Below, in pieces: positions 9,851 through 22,400 of a stretch of DNA of 53,511 nucleotides. The DNA is taken from assembly GCA_035084275.1 (NCBI GenBank), contig JAYJKW010000147.1, positions 124,001 to 177,511 on the forward strand, in the 5' to 3' direction. A program made the position numbers and the translations under genes. The first letter of the stretch is position 1. Each line of letters opens with the position of its first letter. This DNA is from Hydrolagus colliei (Eukaryota). The notes beneath the pieces are model-generated. The model made no database searches, was not told where the DNA came from, and saw only the letters and a program-made list of their open reading frames with translations.

Positions 9851-12329
9851 TGTTGCTATTTGGCTCAAAGACACTGCCACCTGTCAAACACAATAGTGTG
9901 GGTTCAATCTCTGCTTTGGATATTTCAACTCTAATTAACTTTGCTGAAGCTGGGTAATGGTGCAGATGTCAGCATGAGTTGTGAATGCTTCAACATATCT
10001 GTACAACTGAAGCTTGTAGATGTGAATATAGGCACACTAACAATGTCAAGGCATGCCTCGAAACACACAGTGAGTTTGCTGATAAGGATATTATAGGTAG
10101 TATCCTACGTGTGGTGTGGACGAGAACAAGGTTGCAGGATAACCTGATAGGACAATTGGGTGAGCTGATCTCCTTCAATTATGAAACATTTTAGATCATA
10201 TCAATATACAAATGAACATATTTCAAACAGGTACAGTGTAGACTATGCTGCGTATGTCGTGATGGAATAAGACATTAAATGAAGAACAATATTTTCACAA
10301 TAATGGCAAGATGCAACTTCTCATCTCTGAAGCACAAATTTGTAACATAAATGTTTCCTGGTGTTGCAATACATATTTCCAAAGATAATAATCGCTTCAA
10401 ATAAAATAAATGAAAAAATAATATCACTTCAAAGTGATTTTAGGCATCTCGATGTATGGGATAAGATGCTGCATCAAATGCAAGGTTGATTATTAGAATT
10501 GTTATGTTGATTAAATTTAGAACCAAACTATCATTGCACTGATGTGGAATCTGGGAACACAAGGGTGACCAGGAAGGTAGCTGGAAGCTGAGATGTTATA
10601 ACATGTTTCAGATGCAACTTGAGAATGAGAAGACAGAGACGCACAGTTTAGATTCTGGAAGCACAAGGATCTGATTCAAACATGACAGATTAAAAAGACA
10701 GTGAGTCAGTGATCTGACAGGCATGTGTCTATTGGGAAAACCACCAGGGGCTTAGGAGTATCCAAACTTAAAGTGTTATATTTATCCAAATAAACGGGTA
10801 CTGATCACATATTCATCACTGACACAATTAAGTTTATTTCTACCCAGAAATGAGGATAGAGGCATTCTCTCTCCCTTGAAACATTCGATTGCGTACCCAT
10901 TTCTCTGCAGAGTATGATGCACATTGTAGCATGAGAGAATGTGTGGGGATCCTACATTTTGAATTGGGTTGAGGTGAGGTGAAGATTGATCAAACCTAGA
11001 GTAAAATTGTTTGATATTGAAATAAATTTCCGTCACTTTTATAACCCAAACAGATTTGACGTTAGTCTAAATGAATGAGAGACTTATTACCGATGCTGAC
11101 AATGAACATTCTGTCTCTCAAAGTCTTGTTGATGATATATACTGGTTGGTCTGTTGCCAGTTGTGCATTGACTAACTAGGAGTCCACAACAATTTATGGA
11201 ATCTATCCAACTGCTCCAGTGTAAGTCACAATAAAGCATAAACTAATAAATGTCACATTCCCAGTGAAATGTACGATTGTGCTGTGCCTTTCCTGCAGCC
11301 ATCACATTGACCATTGTGGTCCTGGCCCAGGGAATGTGTGGACTCTCCAAGTGCGTCACCCGCTACCTGGTTGCAATGGCTGATGCTGATATGCTGGTCA
11401 TGTTATTTGATGTGATCCTGCACGAGACACTTTATATGTACACTTCATATTCACTCATGCATCAGACAGCGATTTGTCGCCTGCACCTGACACTTTGCTT
11501 CATTGTTACTGATACTTCTGTCTAGCTGACCATGGCCTTCACCTTCGACCGCTTTATTGCCATCTGCTGTCAAAGGCTCAAAACCAAGTACTGAACGGAG
11601 CGGACAGCGGGCCGGGTGATCTGGACAATCTGTGCAGGTTTGTGCTTGGAGAATATCCCCATGTACTTCATCTACAAACCACGGATGATAGTCGATGGGC
11701 GGCCCTGGTACTGCTCCGTTAAACCTAACGTTTGCACCTCTCACCTCTGGAGGGCCTATTCCTGGTCGGAAGTTTCTGAAAACCCATTGCTTCCCTTCAT
11801 CCTCCTCTCGAACGTCCTGACCATCAGGCATGTGGTGGTGGCCAGCAGTGTACGCCAGCGTCTGCAGGGGGCTGCAACTGCGGAGGGACGAAGAGATGGA
11901 GAGCCGGCGGAAATCCACAATCCTTCTCTTTGCCATCTCGGGCAGCTTTGTGTTGCAGGGGGTCACCTATATAATCGCCTTCATCTTTGCGATGGTTACG
12001 GAGTCGAAGATTATGGAGTCTGACTACAGCAGTCCTTTCACCATCGCTGAGCAGGTGGGTTACATGCTGCAGCATCTGAGTACCTGCTCCAACACCTTCA
12101 CCTATGGTGCGTCCCAGACCCAATTCAGGCAACAGCTCATATCCATCTGCACTTACCCCATCACTCGCTGCCTGGGTCGCTGAGAATTCCACTCAACTGT
12201 GCTACCCTGTTTTGCCTTGACATCAAAGCACAAATGCATACACACACACACACTCTCAGACATTCACAGTTACACACACACACTCAGACGCACCTACATA
12301 TGTTTTGTGGAATGGTCGTTCTGTATTCA

Positions 12330-12640
12330 AATATTCTCTAATAGGCTCCCGCCTCTCCATGTTTCCCGATCCATCTGTCCCATTATTGGCAGACGAGCGA
12401 CTCTGGCCCTCACTTCTCGAATTCCGTACCACAGTCCATCTGACTCACCCCCTCGCTCGCCTACTTAAATCGCACTTCAAAACCTTCCTCTTCAAAGCCC
12501 ATTGTAACCGCAAATCTCAACCATTCGCTCCCACTCGCCATCCCCAACTCCAGCTTGGATCTGAAATAATGTCTGACCGGCACCTTGGGACATCCTCTGA
12601 TGTGAATGGTGCTACACAAGCATACTTTTATTGTCTTTAC
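12330..12640 (+). mobile_element. L2 3' fragment inserted in the 3'UTR of GPCR copy B
   Basis: L2 tail motifs (ttcaaaaccttcctcttc, ccttgggacatcctctgatgtgaatggtgct). The flanks are homologous to the uninterrupted 3'UTR of copy D (18650-18965). Confidence 0.7.
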
Positions 12641-12849
12641 TGTTTATAGTGTTTTTATTCTGTATATTCTGTTACCTTTCAGTGTATTTATTGAATTCCT
12701 CTATTGTGTAAGTAAATCGTGTGGATTATTTGCAAAATCCTGATTTATATAAGTGTATGAATAAAGCCAGAGACTCAATGTAGTCAGTTTTACACAAAGA
12801 GTATGAGTGAATGGATTTCTTCTGTAAAGGTTGAGTATAACAACAAAAT

Positions 12850-13290
12850 TACACTTCCATTGGGCCTTTCACATCAGGAGGACATCCCCAGGCACTGGGC
12901 ATTCACTGCTGGAGATGGGGGGTCAAGGGAAGGGGGATTAGCAGTTGCCAATGGGACCATCAAAGAGGAGAGTATTGAGGCGGGACTTGAAGGATGTCAG
13001 TGAGGGGGCGCGCTGGATGGACTACGGGATGGAGTTCCAGATGTAGGAGTCAGAGTGGCTAATGGCTCTCCCACCAATGGTGAGGTGGATGGGTCGGGGA
13101 ACGTGGTGCAGGCCAGAGAAGGGGCAGGTTGGTAAGGGGTTGGAACGTCACAGATGTGGGGTGGGGTAAGGCTGTGGAGGGCTTTTAATATGAGGACCAG
13201 GATCTTGAATTGAATCATTTGGATAATGTAGAGCCAATGGAGTCTGGCGAGGATCGGGTAGATGGGGTCACGGAGTTTAAAAAGCAGTGC
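12850..13290 (-). mobile_element. L2 3' fragment
   Basis: ORF 12997-13218 reads IQFKILVLILKALHSLTP (L2 RT C-terminus). A reversed tail lies at about 12860. Confidence 0.8.
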
Positions 13291-13500
13291 ATTTGCATAG
13301 TCAGGCTGGGATGTAATTTAGTCATGAGTGAGTAGGTCAGAGAAGAAGATGAGAAAATCTTAACGACAACCAAGGAGTACAGCTTCCAACGTCTCGTAGC
13401 ATGCTCGTTGAACAACCACAACAGCAACAAAAATCCTCCGTTCAGATAGAGTCATTCACATTGGTTAGCGCCCTGTAGTTTTTGATAGTCAAACTTCAGT

Positions 13501-13615
13501 GGAGTTCTTTAGCTCAGTGATTAGAGCAGTTGCCTTACACTTGAGACATGTGGGGGTCAATTCCTGGCAGAGGAAATCCTTGGGCAAATTTCCTGCCCAA
13601 GGAAATAATAAATTG
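13501..13615 (+). mobile_element. Short tRNA-derived SINE
   Basis: GGAGTTCTTTAGCTCAGTGATTAGAGCAGTTGCCTTACAC...GGGGTCAATTCC followed by the tail ccttgggcaaatttcc...aataataa. Confidence 0.65.
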
Positions 13616-13624
13616 CTAATTTTC

Positions 13625-14330
13625 TCCGCACCTCCTCTCTCAATCTTTTGGAAAATATTTTAAGTTTGTGGCATCGAGTCAACAGTGGAAAGTTTTTCCC
13701 AGTTTACCGTGGCGAATCCCCTCTTGGTATCGAAAACCATTTTAATGTCTCCTCGTAACTTTCTCTGCTCCAATGAGAATAAAGTTAGCCTCCATATACT
13801 TTCAACATAACTGCAGTTCCTCATTCCTGGTACCATCCTGGTAAATCTCCTCTGCACCATTTCCAATGCATTGACAACCTTCCTAAAGTGTGATGACCAG
13901 AATTGAACACAGTACTCTAGCTGAGGCCTAAACAAAATTTTACAAAGTTTGGTCAAAACGTTTTGACGTTTGTACTCTCTGTCCCTATTTATAAAGTCTA
14001 GTATCTCACATGCTTTTTTTTTAGCAGCCGTGTCTACCTGTCTTTCTACCTTCAAAGCATCACTCACACATTCCCCGAGGTCTTTCTGTTCCTTCACACG
14101 CCTTAAAATTCTACTAACTAGCCTATATTGCCTCACATCATCTCTCCTTCCAAAGTGCATCACCTCACATTTCTTCACATTAATTTTCATCTGCCATGTG
14201 TCTGCCCATTTTTTCATTCTGTCTATATCTTCTTACAGATGGCTACGAACATCCTCACTATTTACTATTTTGCGTAACTTTGTGTCATCTGCAAACTTGG
14301 AAATGGTACTCCCTAAATCCGAGTCCAAAT
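13625..14330 (-). mobile_element. CR1-clade LINE RT fragment
   Basis: ORF 13660-14217: WADTWQMKINVKKCEVMHFG, RPQLEYCVQFWS, ALEMVQRRFTRMVPGMR, LFSLEQRKLRGD. Confidence 0.92.
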
Positions 14331-14734
14331 ACAAGGATGATTATTATTATACTCATATTCTCAGATGATGTCACCAAGAGGAAGCATGTACATAATGAAA
14401 AGCAAGGCCAAAGATGGAGCCTTGTAGTACTTCACAATTACTACGTGAGTGCTGGCGGAAAAGCTATTTGCTGAGATGTATTGCTGTCAGTCTGTTCAGT
14501 AGGAGTCAAGTGATGTCCCACTAAGATGGGTGAGGGAGGAGAGACACTAGAAGAGGATGTAATAATCATAGAATCACTCGCATTTGATATAGCGCTTTCC
14601 ATGTCATCTAGACATCTGAAAGCGCTTCACAGAATATAATGTAAAGCGAATTGACTGTACTTCCTTTTTGAATGCAAAATACCGCAGATGCTGGAAATCT
14701 GAAACAAAAATAAAAGTAATTGTTCTGTTGCAAT

Positions 14735-15036
14735 CTGTGCATCGACTAAATTGGAGTCCACCACAGATGGTGGAATCAATTCATGTCGTCCACTGTAAGG
14801 CACAATAAAGCATAAGCATAAGTCATCACATTGACCATCGTGGTCCTGGCGGAGGGAATGTGTGGACTCTCCAAATCATCACCCGCTACCTTGTCGCAAT
14901 GGTTCTTGCTGATCTGCTGGTCATAGTATTTGATGTGATCCTGCACAAGACACTTTATATTTACATTCTATATTCACCCATACATCAGACAGCCATTTGT
15001 TGCCTGCAACTGACACTTTGCTTCATTGTTATTGAT
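14735..15036 (+). pseudogene. GPR139-like fragment C: intron 3' end plus the first approximately 215 nt of exon 2 (14823-15036), truncated
   Basis: Encodes ITLTIVVLAEGMCGLSK / ITRYLVAMVLADLLVIVFDVILHKTLY...CLQLTLCFIVID with a frameshift. The acceptor tract is deleted relative to B and D, and the fragment ends at an A/T-rich junction. Confidence 0.85.
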
Positions 15037-15281
15037 AGAACTATCAATAACAATTGATAGTTTTTTTTAAATGTTTTTTTAAAAAATGAATTGGGTGGGG
15101 AATGGCGTGAACGCAGCTGCCTCTAGATGTTGTTTTCAGATGAGAAGGTGACTTCCTCCTTCTGCAATCTACATCCCAGCGGACGTGAATCACAGCTACA
15201 AAAAGGAGAGGAAGCTCAGCAACAATGTAGTTAGGATGTAGTTTTCCGCCTTCAGCAGGAGGAAGCCAGCACTACTTGGGA

Positions 15282-15345
15282 ATGGTGGGGTTGATAGAAA
15301 TAGCAAAGGTGTTCTATCCTCTGTTGGGATTCATTGGTTTTCCGG
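15282..15345 (+). CDS. gpr139-like: GPCR copy D coding exon 1 (MVGLIEIAKVFYPLLGFIGFP + 1 nt)
   Basis: ATG at 15282 and donor G|gtaagc at 15346. Homologous to 8831-8894 and 22337-22400. Confidence 0.82.
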
Positions 15346-18300
15346 GTAAGCCATTCCAAGTAACTCACACTCGGGCAAATCTGGGCCTCACAGCCCGGAC
15401 CGTATACCTGGGAGTGATATCATATTTACTGGAGGAGAGAAACCACACTGATCACTAGTGTACAGAATTCTATCCTTTGCGTGATAGATAGCCACTGGAG
15501 CCCGCCATGGACTGTAGTGGTGGGGGAACAGAGGTTAGTGTAGTGATGTAGTGTTGTTGTTTTCTGGTGTACCCGGATTTTGTGGATAGTGGAGAGACCG
15601 CTGAGTCGGGTCGTTGAGTAATCCAGTTGGGAGATGACAAATGCAGGATGGAGGGATGCAACTGTATTTTGTATCAAATATACTGAGAGGAGGACAATGC
15701 AGCAGAGGTGAAGGCTAGTGGTTGTATTTACACTATAGTGCATGAAGGTGGGGAGTCAGTGGATGAAGATACGTAGTCCCTACATTCATTGTAGTACCGT
15801 AATCGTGTCTTCAGGACATCTCAAAATACTTCAGAGAAGAAACTATGAAATTAACTTACTGCATTTTTGAGGGGGAAATGCGATAACCAAATTTTTACTG
15901 CGGTGTACCACAAACAGTCCTGGATTGTGTCACCAAGTAGATCGACTATACTTATTGAAGGCTATTATTTCACCCAGAAATATAGAGTTAATGCACTTTA
16001 CAGTATACTCTGTGAAGCGCTTTGGGACGTTGATAAGATGTGGAAAGTGCTATATCAAATGCAAAGATTATTATCATATATTAGTATATATTTTGTATTA
16101 ATAATCATATATTAGTCAATAATTCTCCAATATTGTTATTGTTAAGTTATTTTCAGCGTAATAATGTATAATAATTATGTTGCATTATTATTAAAAATGC
16201 TTGCATTTGACATAAAACTTGTAGGCATCAAAGTGCTTCTCAAATATAATATAACGTGAATTCATTTATGAATTATGAATAGAATGATGGATATACCACA
16301 GCAGCCAATCGTGCAAAACAGTACCTCACAAAAAGCTATCGATTTAAACGGCCAATTTGTTATTGTTTGTTACGAGGGATTATTATCAGCCATGTGAAGC
16401 AAGGAAACTTGAGCAAGGTTTTGAGGGAAATTTATCGACAGAAAAGCGATCCACCAATCGCCAAACAACTGTATTCCTACTTGCTACTTGGTAAACAGAG
16501 AATCGTGCAAAATAAGGGAATTTCGTAACATCACACGCAGCTCAGGAATGAAACATAAATCTTCTGCATTGGGCGGCAAATGCTCCTACCATGAAACTAT
16601 TTGATAAAATGGTAGAATTTGTTGTGTGGGGCAGATAAGTCCAAAGGACAGAGAGGCACAAGGAACACTGCTAACAGAGAGAGAAAGTTGTTTGTGACTT
16701 TGATGGGAGATGGTGCAGATATGAACGTGAGTTGTTAATGGTACATCCCATGGCTAAGGAACTGCCTTCCTCAAACCTTTTGACTCGCCCCCTCTTTTCC
16801 CATTTTCAGTTGACTACCGAAGACTTTTCTTTTTATCCGCACATTTGGTCAACTTTTCACCGTCCCCCTGGCTAGGCCCCGGGATCCCTTATTGTGAAAC
16901 AATCTGACATGCCATCTGGCACTGTATAAATCCAAGTTGTTGTTGAAAGTGATATGTCAGGATTTGTTTTGGGGCAAAACAGAAAAGTGCTTTGGAGTAC
17001 TCAAACCTGAAGAGTGCCACACATGTTTATCACTGACACAATGAAGTTTGTTTTTATCAAGAATGGGGTACATACTCTCTCTCTTGAAACACACGATTTC
17101 TTATCCATTTCGCTGTAGAGTATGAATCATACTTGGTCAAGGGACCTGACGCTTTCAATTGGGTTGATGTTTGATAGAGAGTGCAAATTCCCGGAATATA
17201 ATTGATTGATATTGAGATCTTTCTCTGTCGCAGTTCCCACCCAAACAGATTTGGCTTTAGTTTACCGGAATGAATTACTTAGTACCTCTGATGTCAATGA
17301 ACAGTCTATCTCTGCAAGTCTTGTCAATGAGATATGAGATATGGTCTGTTTACAGCTGTGCATCCACTAACATGGAGTGCACCACAACGATGGAATAATA
17401 AGAGCATAAGAAATAGGAGCAGGAGTAGGCCATTTGGCCCATCAAGCCTGCCCCACCATTCAAACGTGGCTGATATTCCACTGTAACTCCAGCTCCCTCC
17501 CTTATCCCCATGCCCTCCCATCCCTTTATAAATGCGAAATCTATCTAACTCAGTCTTGAATATGTTTAAGGACTCAGCATCAACATCCCTTTCGGAAAAA
17601 GAATTCCATGCACTCACCACCCTATGAGTGAAGACGTTTTTTTCTCAATTCAACTAGTACACTGTAAGTCACAATAAAGCATAAGCCAGAGCAGCTCACA
17701 TTCCCAGTGAAATGTATAATTGTGTTTCGGCCTTTCATTCAGCCATCACATTGACTATTGTGGTCCTGGTGGAAGGAATGTTTGGACTCTCCAAATGCGT
17801 CACCCGCTACCTGGTCGCAATGGCTGTTGCTGATCTGCTGGTCATGGTTTTTGATGTGATCTTGTACGAGACAATTTATATTTACATTCCGTATTCACCC
17901 ATATATCAAACAGATATTTGTCGCCTGCACTTGATGCTTTGCTTTATTTTTACTGATATCTCTGTCTGGCTGACCATGGCCTTCACCTTCGACCGTTTCA
18001 CTGCTATCTGCTGCCCAAAGCTCAAAACCAAGTACTGCACGTCGACGACAGCGGATCTGGTGATCTGGGCACCCTGTGCAGGTCTGTGCTTGGAGAATAT
18101 CCCCATATACTTCATGTTTGAACCACGGCTGGTAGTCAATGGGCAGCCCAGTTACTGCTCCGTCAAACCTATTGTTTACACCTCTCCCCTCTGGAGGTTC
18201 TTTACCTGGTTCGAAATTTTTGCAAATCCACTTCTTCCCTTCATCCTCATCCTCGTCTTGAACACGCTGACCATCAGGCATGTGATAGTGGCCAGCAGGG

Positions 18301-18647
18301 TACGCCAGGGTCTGCGGGGGGCTGCGATGGGGAGGGACGAGGAGATGGAGAGTCGACGGAAATCTATAATCCTGCTATTTACCATCTCGGGCAGCTTTGT
18401 GTTGCTTTGCCTCACCTACATGGTCACTTTCATCTTTGCGATGGTGACAGAGTCCAAGATCCTGGAGGCTGACTACAGCAGCCCTTTCACCATCGCTGAG
18501 GAGGTGGGTTACATGTTACAGCACCTGAGCTCCTGCTGTAACACTTTCATCTATGGTGTGACTCAGACCAAATTCAGGCAACAGCTCATATTCATCTTCA
18601 CTTATCCCATCACTCGCTTACTGGTCCACTCGCATAACACCACTTAG
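15282..18647 (+). CDS. gpr139-like: Intact GPR139-like class A GPCR, copy D, 322 aa: join(15282..15345,17743..18647)
   Basis: Phase-1 GT-AG intron. Seven hydrophobic segments, GMFGLSKCVTRYLVAMAVAD, C3.25, AFTFDRF, ECL2 Cys, LLPF, RRKS and SSCCNTFIYGVTQTKFR, with no internal stop. Confidence 0.9.
15470..15780 (-). mobile_element. Ancient L2 3' fragment in GPCR intron 1; its edge is shared by copies B, D and E
   Basis: ORF 15426-15743 reads AFVISQLDYS...GGLQWLSITQRIEF (compare L2 AFxTSRLDY...LHWLPxxQRIEF). Confidence 0.7.
16740..16955 (+). mobile_element. L2 3' tail fragment
   Basis: ccccctggctaggccccgggatcccttattgtgaaac...ggcactgtataaatccaagttgttgttg matches the tails at about 4290-4370 and 39360-39450. 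Confidence 0.65.
17395..17650 (-). mobile_element. CR1 3' end, specific to the copy D intron
   Basis: cataagaaataggagcaggagtaggccat... is a reversed CR1 3'UTR. ORF 17324-17620 begins VSAWNSFSERDVDAESLNIFKTELDRF. Confidence 0.8.
17743..18647 (+). CDS. gpr139-like: GPCR copy D coding exon 2 (TM1 end to stop)
   Basis: Acceptor cctttcattcag ending at 17742. Corresponds to the 311-aa ORF 17712-18647, stop TAG. Confidence 0.92.
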
Positions 18648-18958
18648 ATTTGCTGCCCATTTCTGCCTTGACAACACAGACACACACATACACACTCAGA
18701 TACATACATACGCACATAATCATTCGTATAGACGAACATACATACGTTTTGTGGAATGGAATTTCTGGATTCAAGAATTATCTTCAATCTGTATTTGGAA
18801 TTTCAATTGTTTACATCAGCTTCATGCTTCCTATGTAATTTATAATACTGTACATGTGCTCTTTATATTCATTTACCTTTTTTGTCTTCATTGAATTCCT
18901 CTTACCTGTATGTAATTATTTTGGAGGGAAATGCTGATTTGTGGAAGAGATTATGAAA

Positions 18959-18964
18959 AATAAA
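18959..18964 (+). terminator. Probable poly(A) signal of GPCR copy D
   Basis: AATAAA about 310 nt after the stop. It sits at the homologous position to AATAAA 12760-12765 in copy B. Confidence 0.55.
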
Positions 18965-20259
18965 GATCTCCAAACAGGTATACATAAAGTGTATGAACAA
19001 ATCGACTTACTCTATATAGCTTGAGTCTGTCAGTGCAGAAGTGGAGAATGTGTGGATGGCAGCCAAGGAATACTGATACAAAGATCTCAAAACGTATTGA
19101 CAAACCAACAGCAACAAAAACATACACATTCATGCAGCGTCCTTCACCTAGTGTAGCGTCGTGTAGATGTGACAGTCAGACACCGAGCCAGTATGAGTTG
19201 AGAAACGATGGAGCTGGGGAGTCCAGCAAGGAGGGCAGGTGAATAGTTTAGCTGAAATGTGACAAACGCATTGATTAGGGTTTTCACTGCTGTGGGTGTG
19301 AGGTAGGCATGTAGGTGTGCAATGTGGTGGAGGTGGGAAACAGTTTTCCTGTTCAGGGAATAGATAAGGAATAGAAAGGAAAGCTGATCTTCGAAACTGA
19401 TGTTTAATTTGAGTTTGGTGATTTAGAGGGGGAGTCCGGGAAGGTTGATGATTTCAGACCCACAGGAAAGAAAACATTGACTGCAGCCAAGCAGTATGGA
19501 TTCTGACATTCAGCTGCAGAAACCTTGTCAACGAAGCTGGAAGAATATCAACGGACATGTATTCACAGCATGGTTTCATCCACACACATGTGAATGTTAA
19601 CCTTATGTCTGCAGATGACAATGTCGAGAGGACGTCTCTGGACAGCAAGCAGAACAACATTCCATGCTATGAAATTTTCAGTATTTGAAATATACCTGAT
19701 GAAGGTTTTCACTTGATGTTTGGATACAAAAGATGTAATCTACCTCCTTGATATCACAGCCCTTCAGTACTGAGCCAAGTGGGTACTTCAGGCTTGTTGG
19801 GCAATGCACGTGACAGAACAGACAGCCTGGCTCATATACATGGGTGCGATGAGTGGATTATTGTTTCTAGTTATCTCCAGTGAACTCTGCAAGCCAGAGC
19901 CTTGACTGGTGTGCTAGATCCAGCTGAACAAAAGTTGAAAGGTAATAAAAATTATAGCTGGCTTTGGGAACTTGATTTTGGAGAAGAGGCTTCAAAACTG
20001 TTTAGCCATATTTGGCAACTTTTGTAGAACCTTGCAGTACAGAAGAAAGACATTTGCCTATCGTGTATATGTTTGCTTTTTGAAAGAATTCAAGAACTTC
20101 TCTTATAGCCGTGCATATATTTTGTATTCAAGTCATTATCTTATTCATTTTGGTCGCTACTATACAATCTGCTTCCAGCACACATTCAGGCAGTATAGTC
20201 TCAGATCATATCAAATCTCTGGGCTTAACAAAATCCTCTCGACTGTCCTCTGATTATTT

Positions 20260-20480
20260 TACAAATTTAGGAAAGAAGTCAGCGCCTTGGAGGCGGTGCA
20301 AAGAATATTCACGTGAACCAATCTAAGGATAAGGTTTTTAGATTGTGTGGAGAGACTGGAGAGGCTGGGTTTGTTTTCCATAGATCGGAGAAATTTAAGG
20401 CCCAATGTAGTAGAAGTATACCAGCCTGCACAAGGTTTGATAAAATAAATAGGGAGAAACTGTGTCCTCTAATTATCGAT
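20260..20480 (+). mobile_element. CR1 RT C-terminal fragment
   Basis: Degenerate ALEAVQRIF...ERLERLGLFS...GFDKINREKL coding remnant. Confidence 0.7.
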
Positions 20481-20519
20481 CCATCCACCAGAGAAACAGC
20501 CTTTCGAAGCCAAGAATTT

Positions 20520-21590
20520 TGCACTACAAGAACAACACAATTGCACTTATATAGCGCCTTTCACATCAGGAGGACTTCCCAAAGCACTGAACAATCTGGT
20601 CGGGACACGAGAGGGGTGGTGGTGGTGGAGGGTGGTTGTGGGGAGTGTGGGAGGGTCGAACTAGGGGGAATGGGAAGGAGAGTGCAAGAGGGGGAAGAGA
20701 TAGTGGGGCAGCCGAAGGCACGGTCGAAAAGGAAGGTCTTGGCATCGGCCTTGAAGGATGGAAAGGAGGAAGCGAGGCAGTGGTGCAGCGTGATGGAGTT
20801 CCACAGTGGAAGCAGAGAGGCTGAAAGCCCGGCCACCGATGGTTGGGCAGTTAGCGCGGTAGACGCAGAGCAGGCAGAGTCCGCTGAACGGAGGGTGCGG
20901 GCAGGCTGATAGGGAGACAGCAGGTCAGAGACATAGGCATGGGCAGGGCCGCGAATGGCTTTGAAAATGAGTATAAGTATCTTGAATTGGATCCTCTGGG
21001 TGACGGGGAGTCAGTGGAGACTACCGAGGGTAGGAGTGATGTGGTCACGAAGCCTGGTATGGGAGAATACAGGAGCAGCAGAGGTCTGAATGATTTGCAG
21101 CCTATGAAGGGAAGTGCTGGGGAGGCCAACGAGGAGAGATTACCCGTCGTCTAGCGTGGAAGTGATAAAGGCATGGGTGAGGGTTTCGGCAACGTGGGGT
21201 GGTAAGGTATTGCGGAGTCTGGCAATATTTTGGAGGTGATGGAAGACTGTGCGGATGTTGGGAGGAAGGATAGTTCGGGGTTCAACAAGACGCCCAGATT
21301 CCTGATTGGCTGCGAGAGGTGGAGAGGGCAGCTTTGAACGCTGATGTTGACAAGAGCCAATCAGCAGGGTTTCTGTCTTGTTGACATTGAGTTGTAGGAC
21401 ATTTGCCCTCGTCCAGGACTCGATGTCGGACAGACATGCAATCAGAACGCCAGTGGTCCTGGAATCGAGGATTGACACGCACATGTGGAAATTCACCCCA
21501 TGTCTACAGATGATGTCGCCCGGGGGAGAATGTAGATGGTGAAGAGCAGAGGGGCCAAGGACAGAGCCCTGGGGATCGCCGCATGTGACA
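20520..21590 (-). mobile_element. 5'-truncated L2 LINE
   Basis: Reversed tail aacaacacaattgcacttatatagcgcctttcac at 20528. RT pieces LSDIESWTRANVLQLNVNKTETLLIGS and FKADAKTFLFDRAF. Confidence 0.9.
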
Positions 21591-22099
21591 ATACTCCCGC
21601 TGAGGACTAACCGAAGATTTGTGAAGATTCAACATAACCTCCGTGCTTTTAAACGCTATCCCTATATTTGCGAAGCCAAGTTTCCCATGTGCATTTTGAA
21701 CAGCATTGTCAACTCATCCTACCTCCTTCAAAAAATTCTGTGTGCATCAATCTCTGGTTTGGAAAACCTCTCTGCTTGGAAAAGATGATTCTCCATTGCC
21801 CATTCCACTGTCCTGGTGTCATTTGAAGTCTTGTCCAGCTGGCCCTTATAGATCAACGAACTGTCTCCTCCAGCCTTGGCTGCCTGGCACCCACTAAACT
21901 ATGAACTACTTTATATACCATGCATCCACCGGTACCCCAGTCTGCTGTGATATCTAAACAAGCAAGTGTGAGCCACCTAATGCCCCTGACCCATAACCAA
22001 ATCAAGAGTCCTTCAGAATTGGCTTCATCACACCATGATCTGCTGCTACGCCTACCCTCTTCCAAATTTTTCATCTACACTAACTCAACAAATCCAGAG

Positions 22100-22207
22100 A
22101 TGGAGCCCAGTACAAGGTTGCTCTGTTTATTGCTGTTGTTCTTTTCTTGCGTTGGGAATGGCGTGAAAGCAGCTGCCTCGGAATGGTGTTTTCAGATGAG
22201 AAGGTGA
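22100..22207 (+). other. 35-codon signal-peptide-like upstream ORF, copy E (MEPSTRLLCLLLLFFSCVGNGVKAAASEWCFQMRR*)
   Basis: Homolog of 8593-8700. A -1/+1 indel pair shifts the frame of the hydrophobic core but keeps the length and the downstream frame. Confidence 0.4.
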
Positions 22208-22336
22208 CTTCATGCTGCTGCATTCTACAACCCAGTGGACTTGAATCACAGCTACAAAATGAATGGAATCTCTGCAACGATGTAGTTGGGATGTAGTTTT
22301 CCGCCTTCAGCAGAAGGTATCAAGAACTGCTTGAGA

Positions 22337-22400
22337 ACGGTGGGGTTGACAGAAAAAGCAAAGGTGTTCTATACTGTGATGGAATTCATAGGTTTTCCTG
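22337..22400 (+). pseudogene. Orphan GPR139-like exon 1, copy E (ATG changed to ACG; no matching exon 2 downstream)
   Basis: (T)VGLTEKAKVFYTVMEFIGFP with donor G|gtatgc. The flanks 22085-23340 are collinear with 8575-9560 of copy B. Confidence 0.85.

Larger units (their letters stand above)
8831..12183 (+). pseudogene. gpr139-like: GPR139-like GPCR pseudogene, copy B: join(8831..8894,11299..12183)
   Basis: Exon 1 MVWLIEIAKVFYNVLGFIGFP with G|gtaag donor, and acceptor ttcctgcag at 11298. Premature TAG at 11523-11525 and TGA at 11592-11594, a 6-nt deletion in TM5 and a +1 frameshift near 11875-11882, all relative to intact paralog D. Confidence 0.92.

Noticed and set aside
11451-12192. Minus-strand ORFs of 113-171 aa over the GPCR exons (also 43-384 and 17895-18415)
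   Set aside because: They are antisense shadows of GC-rich coding sequence.
19450-19690. About 78-codon stop-free plus frame (…HVNVNLMSADDNVERTSLDSKQNNIPCYEIF)
   Set aside because: No convincing splice sites or start; the SADD resembles a decayed RT YADD motif, so it is probably an old LINE remnant.
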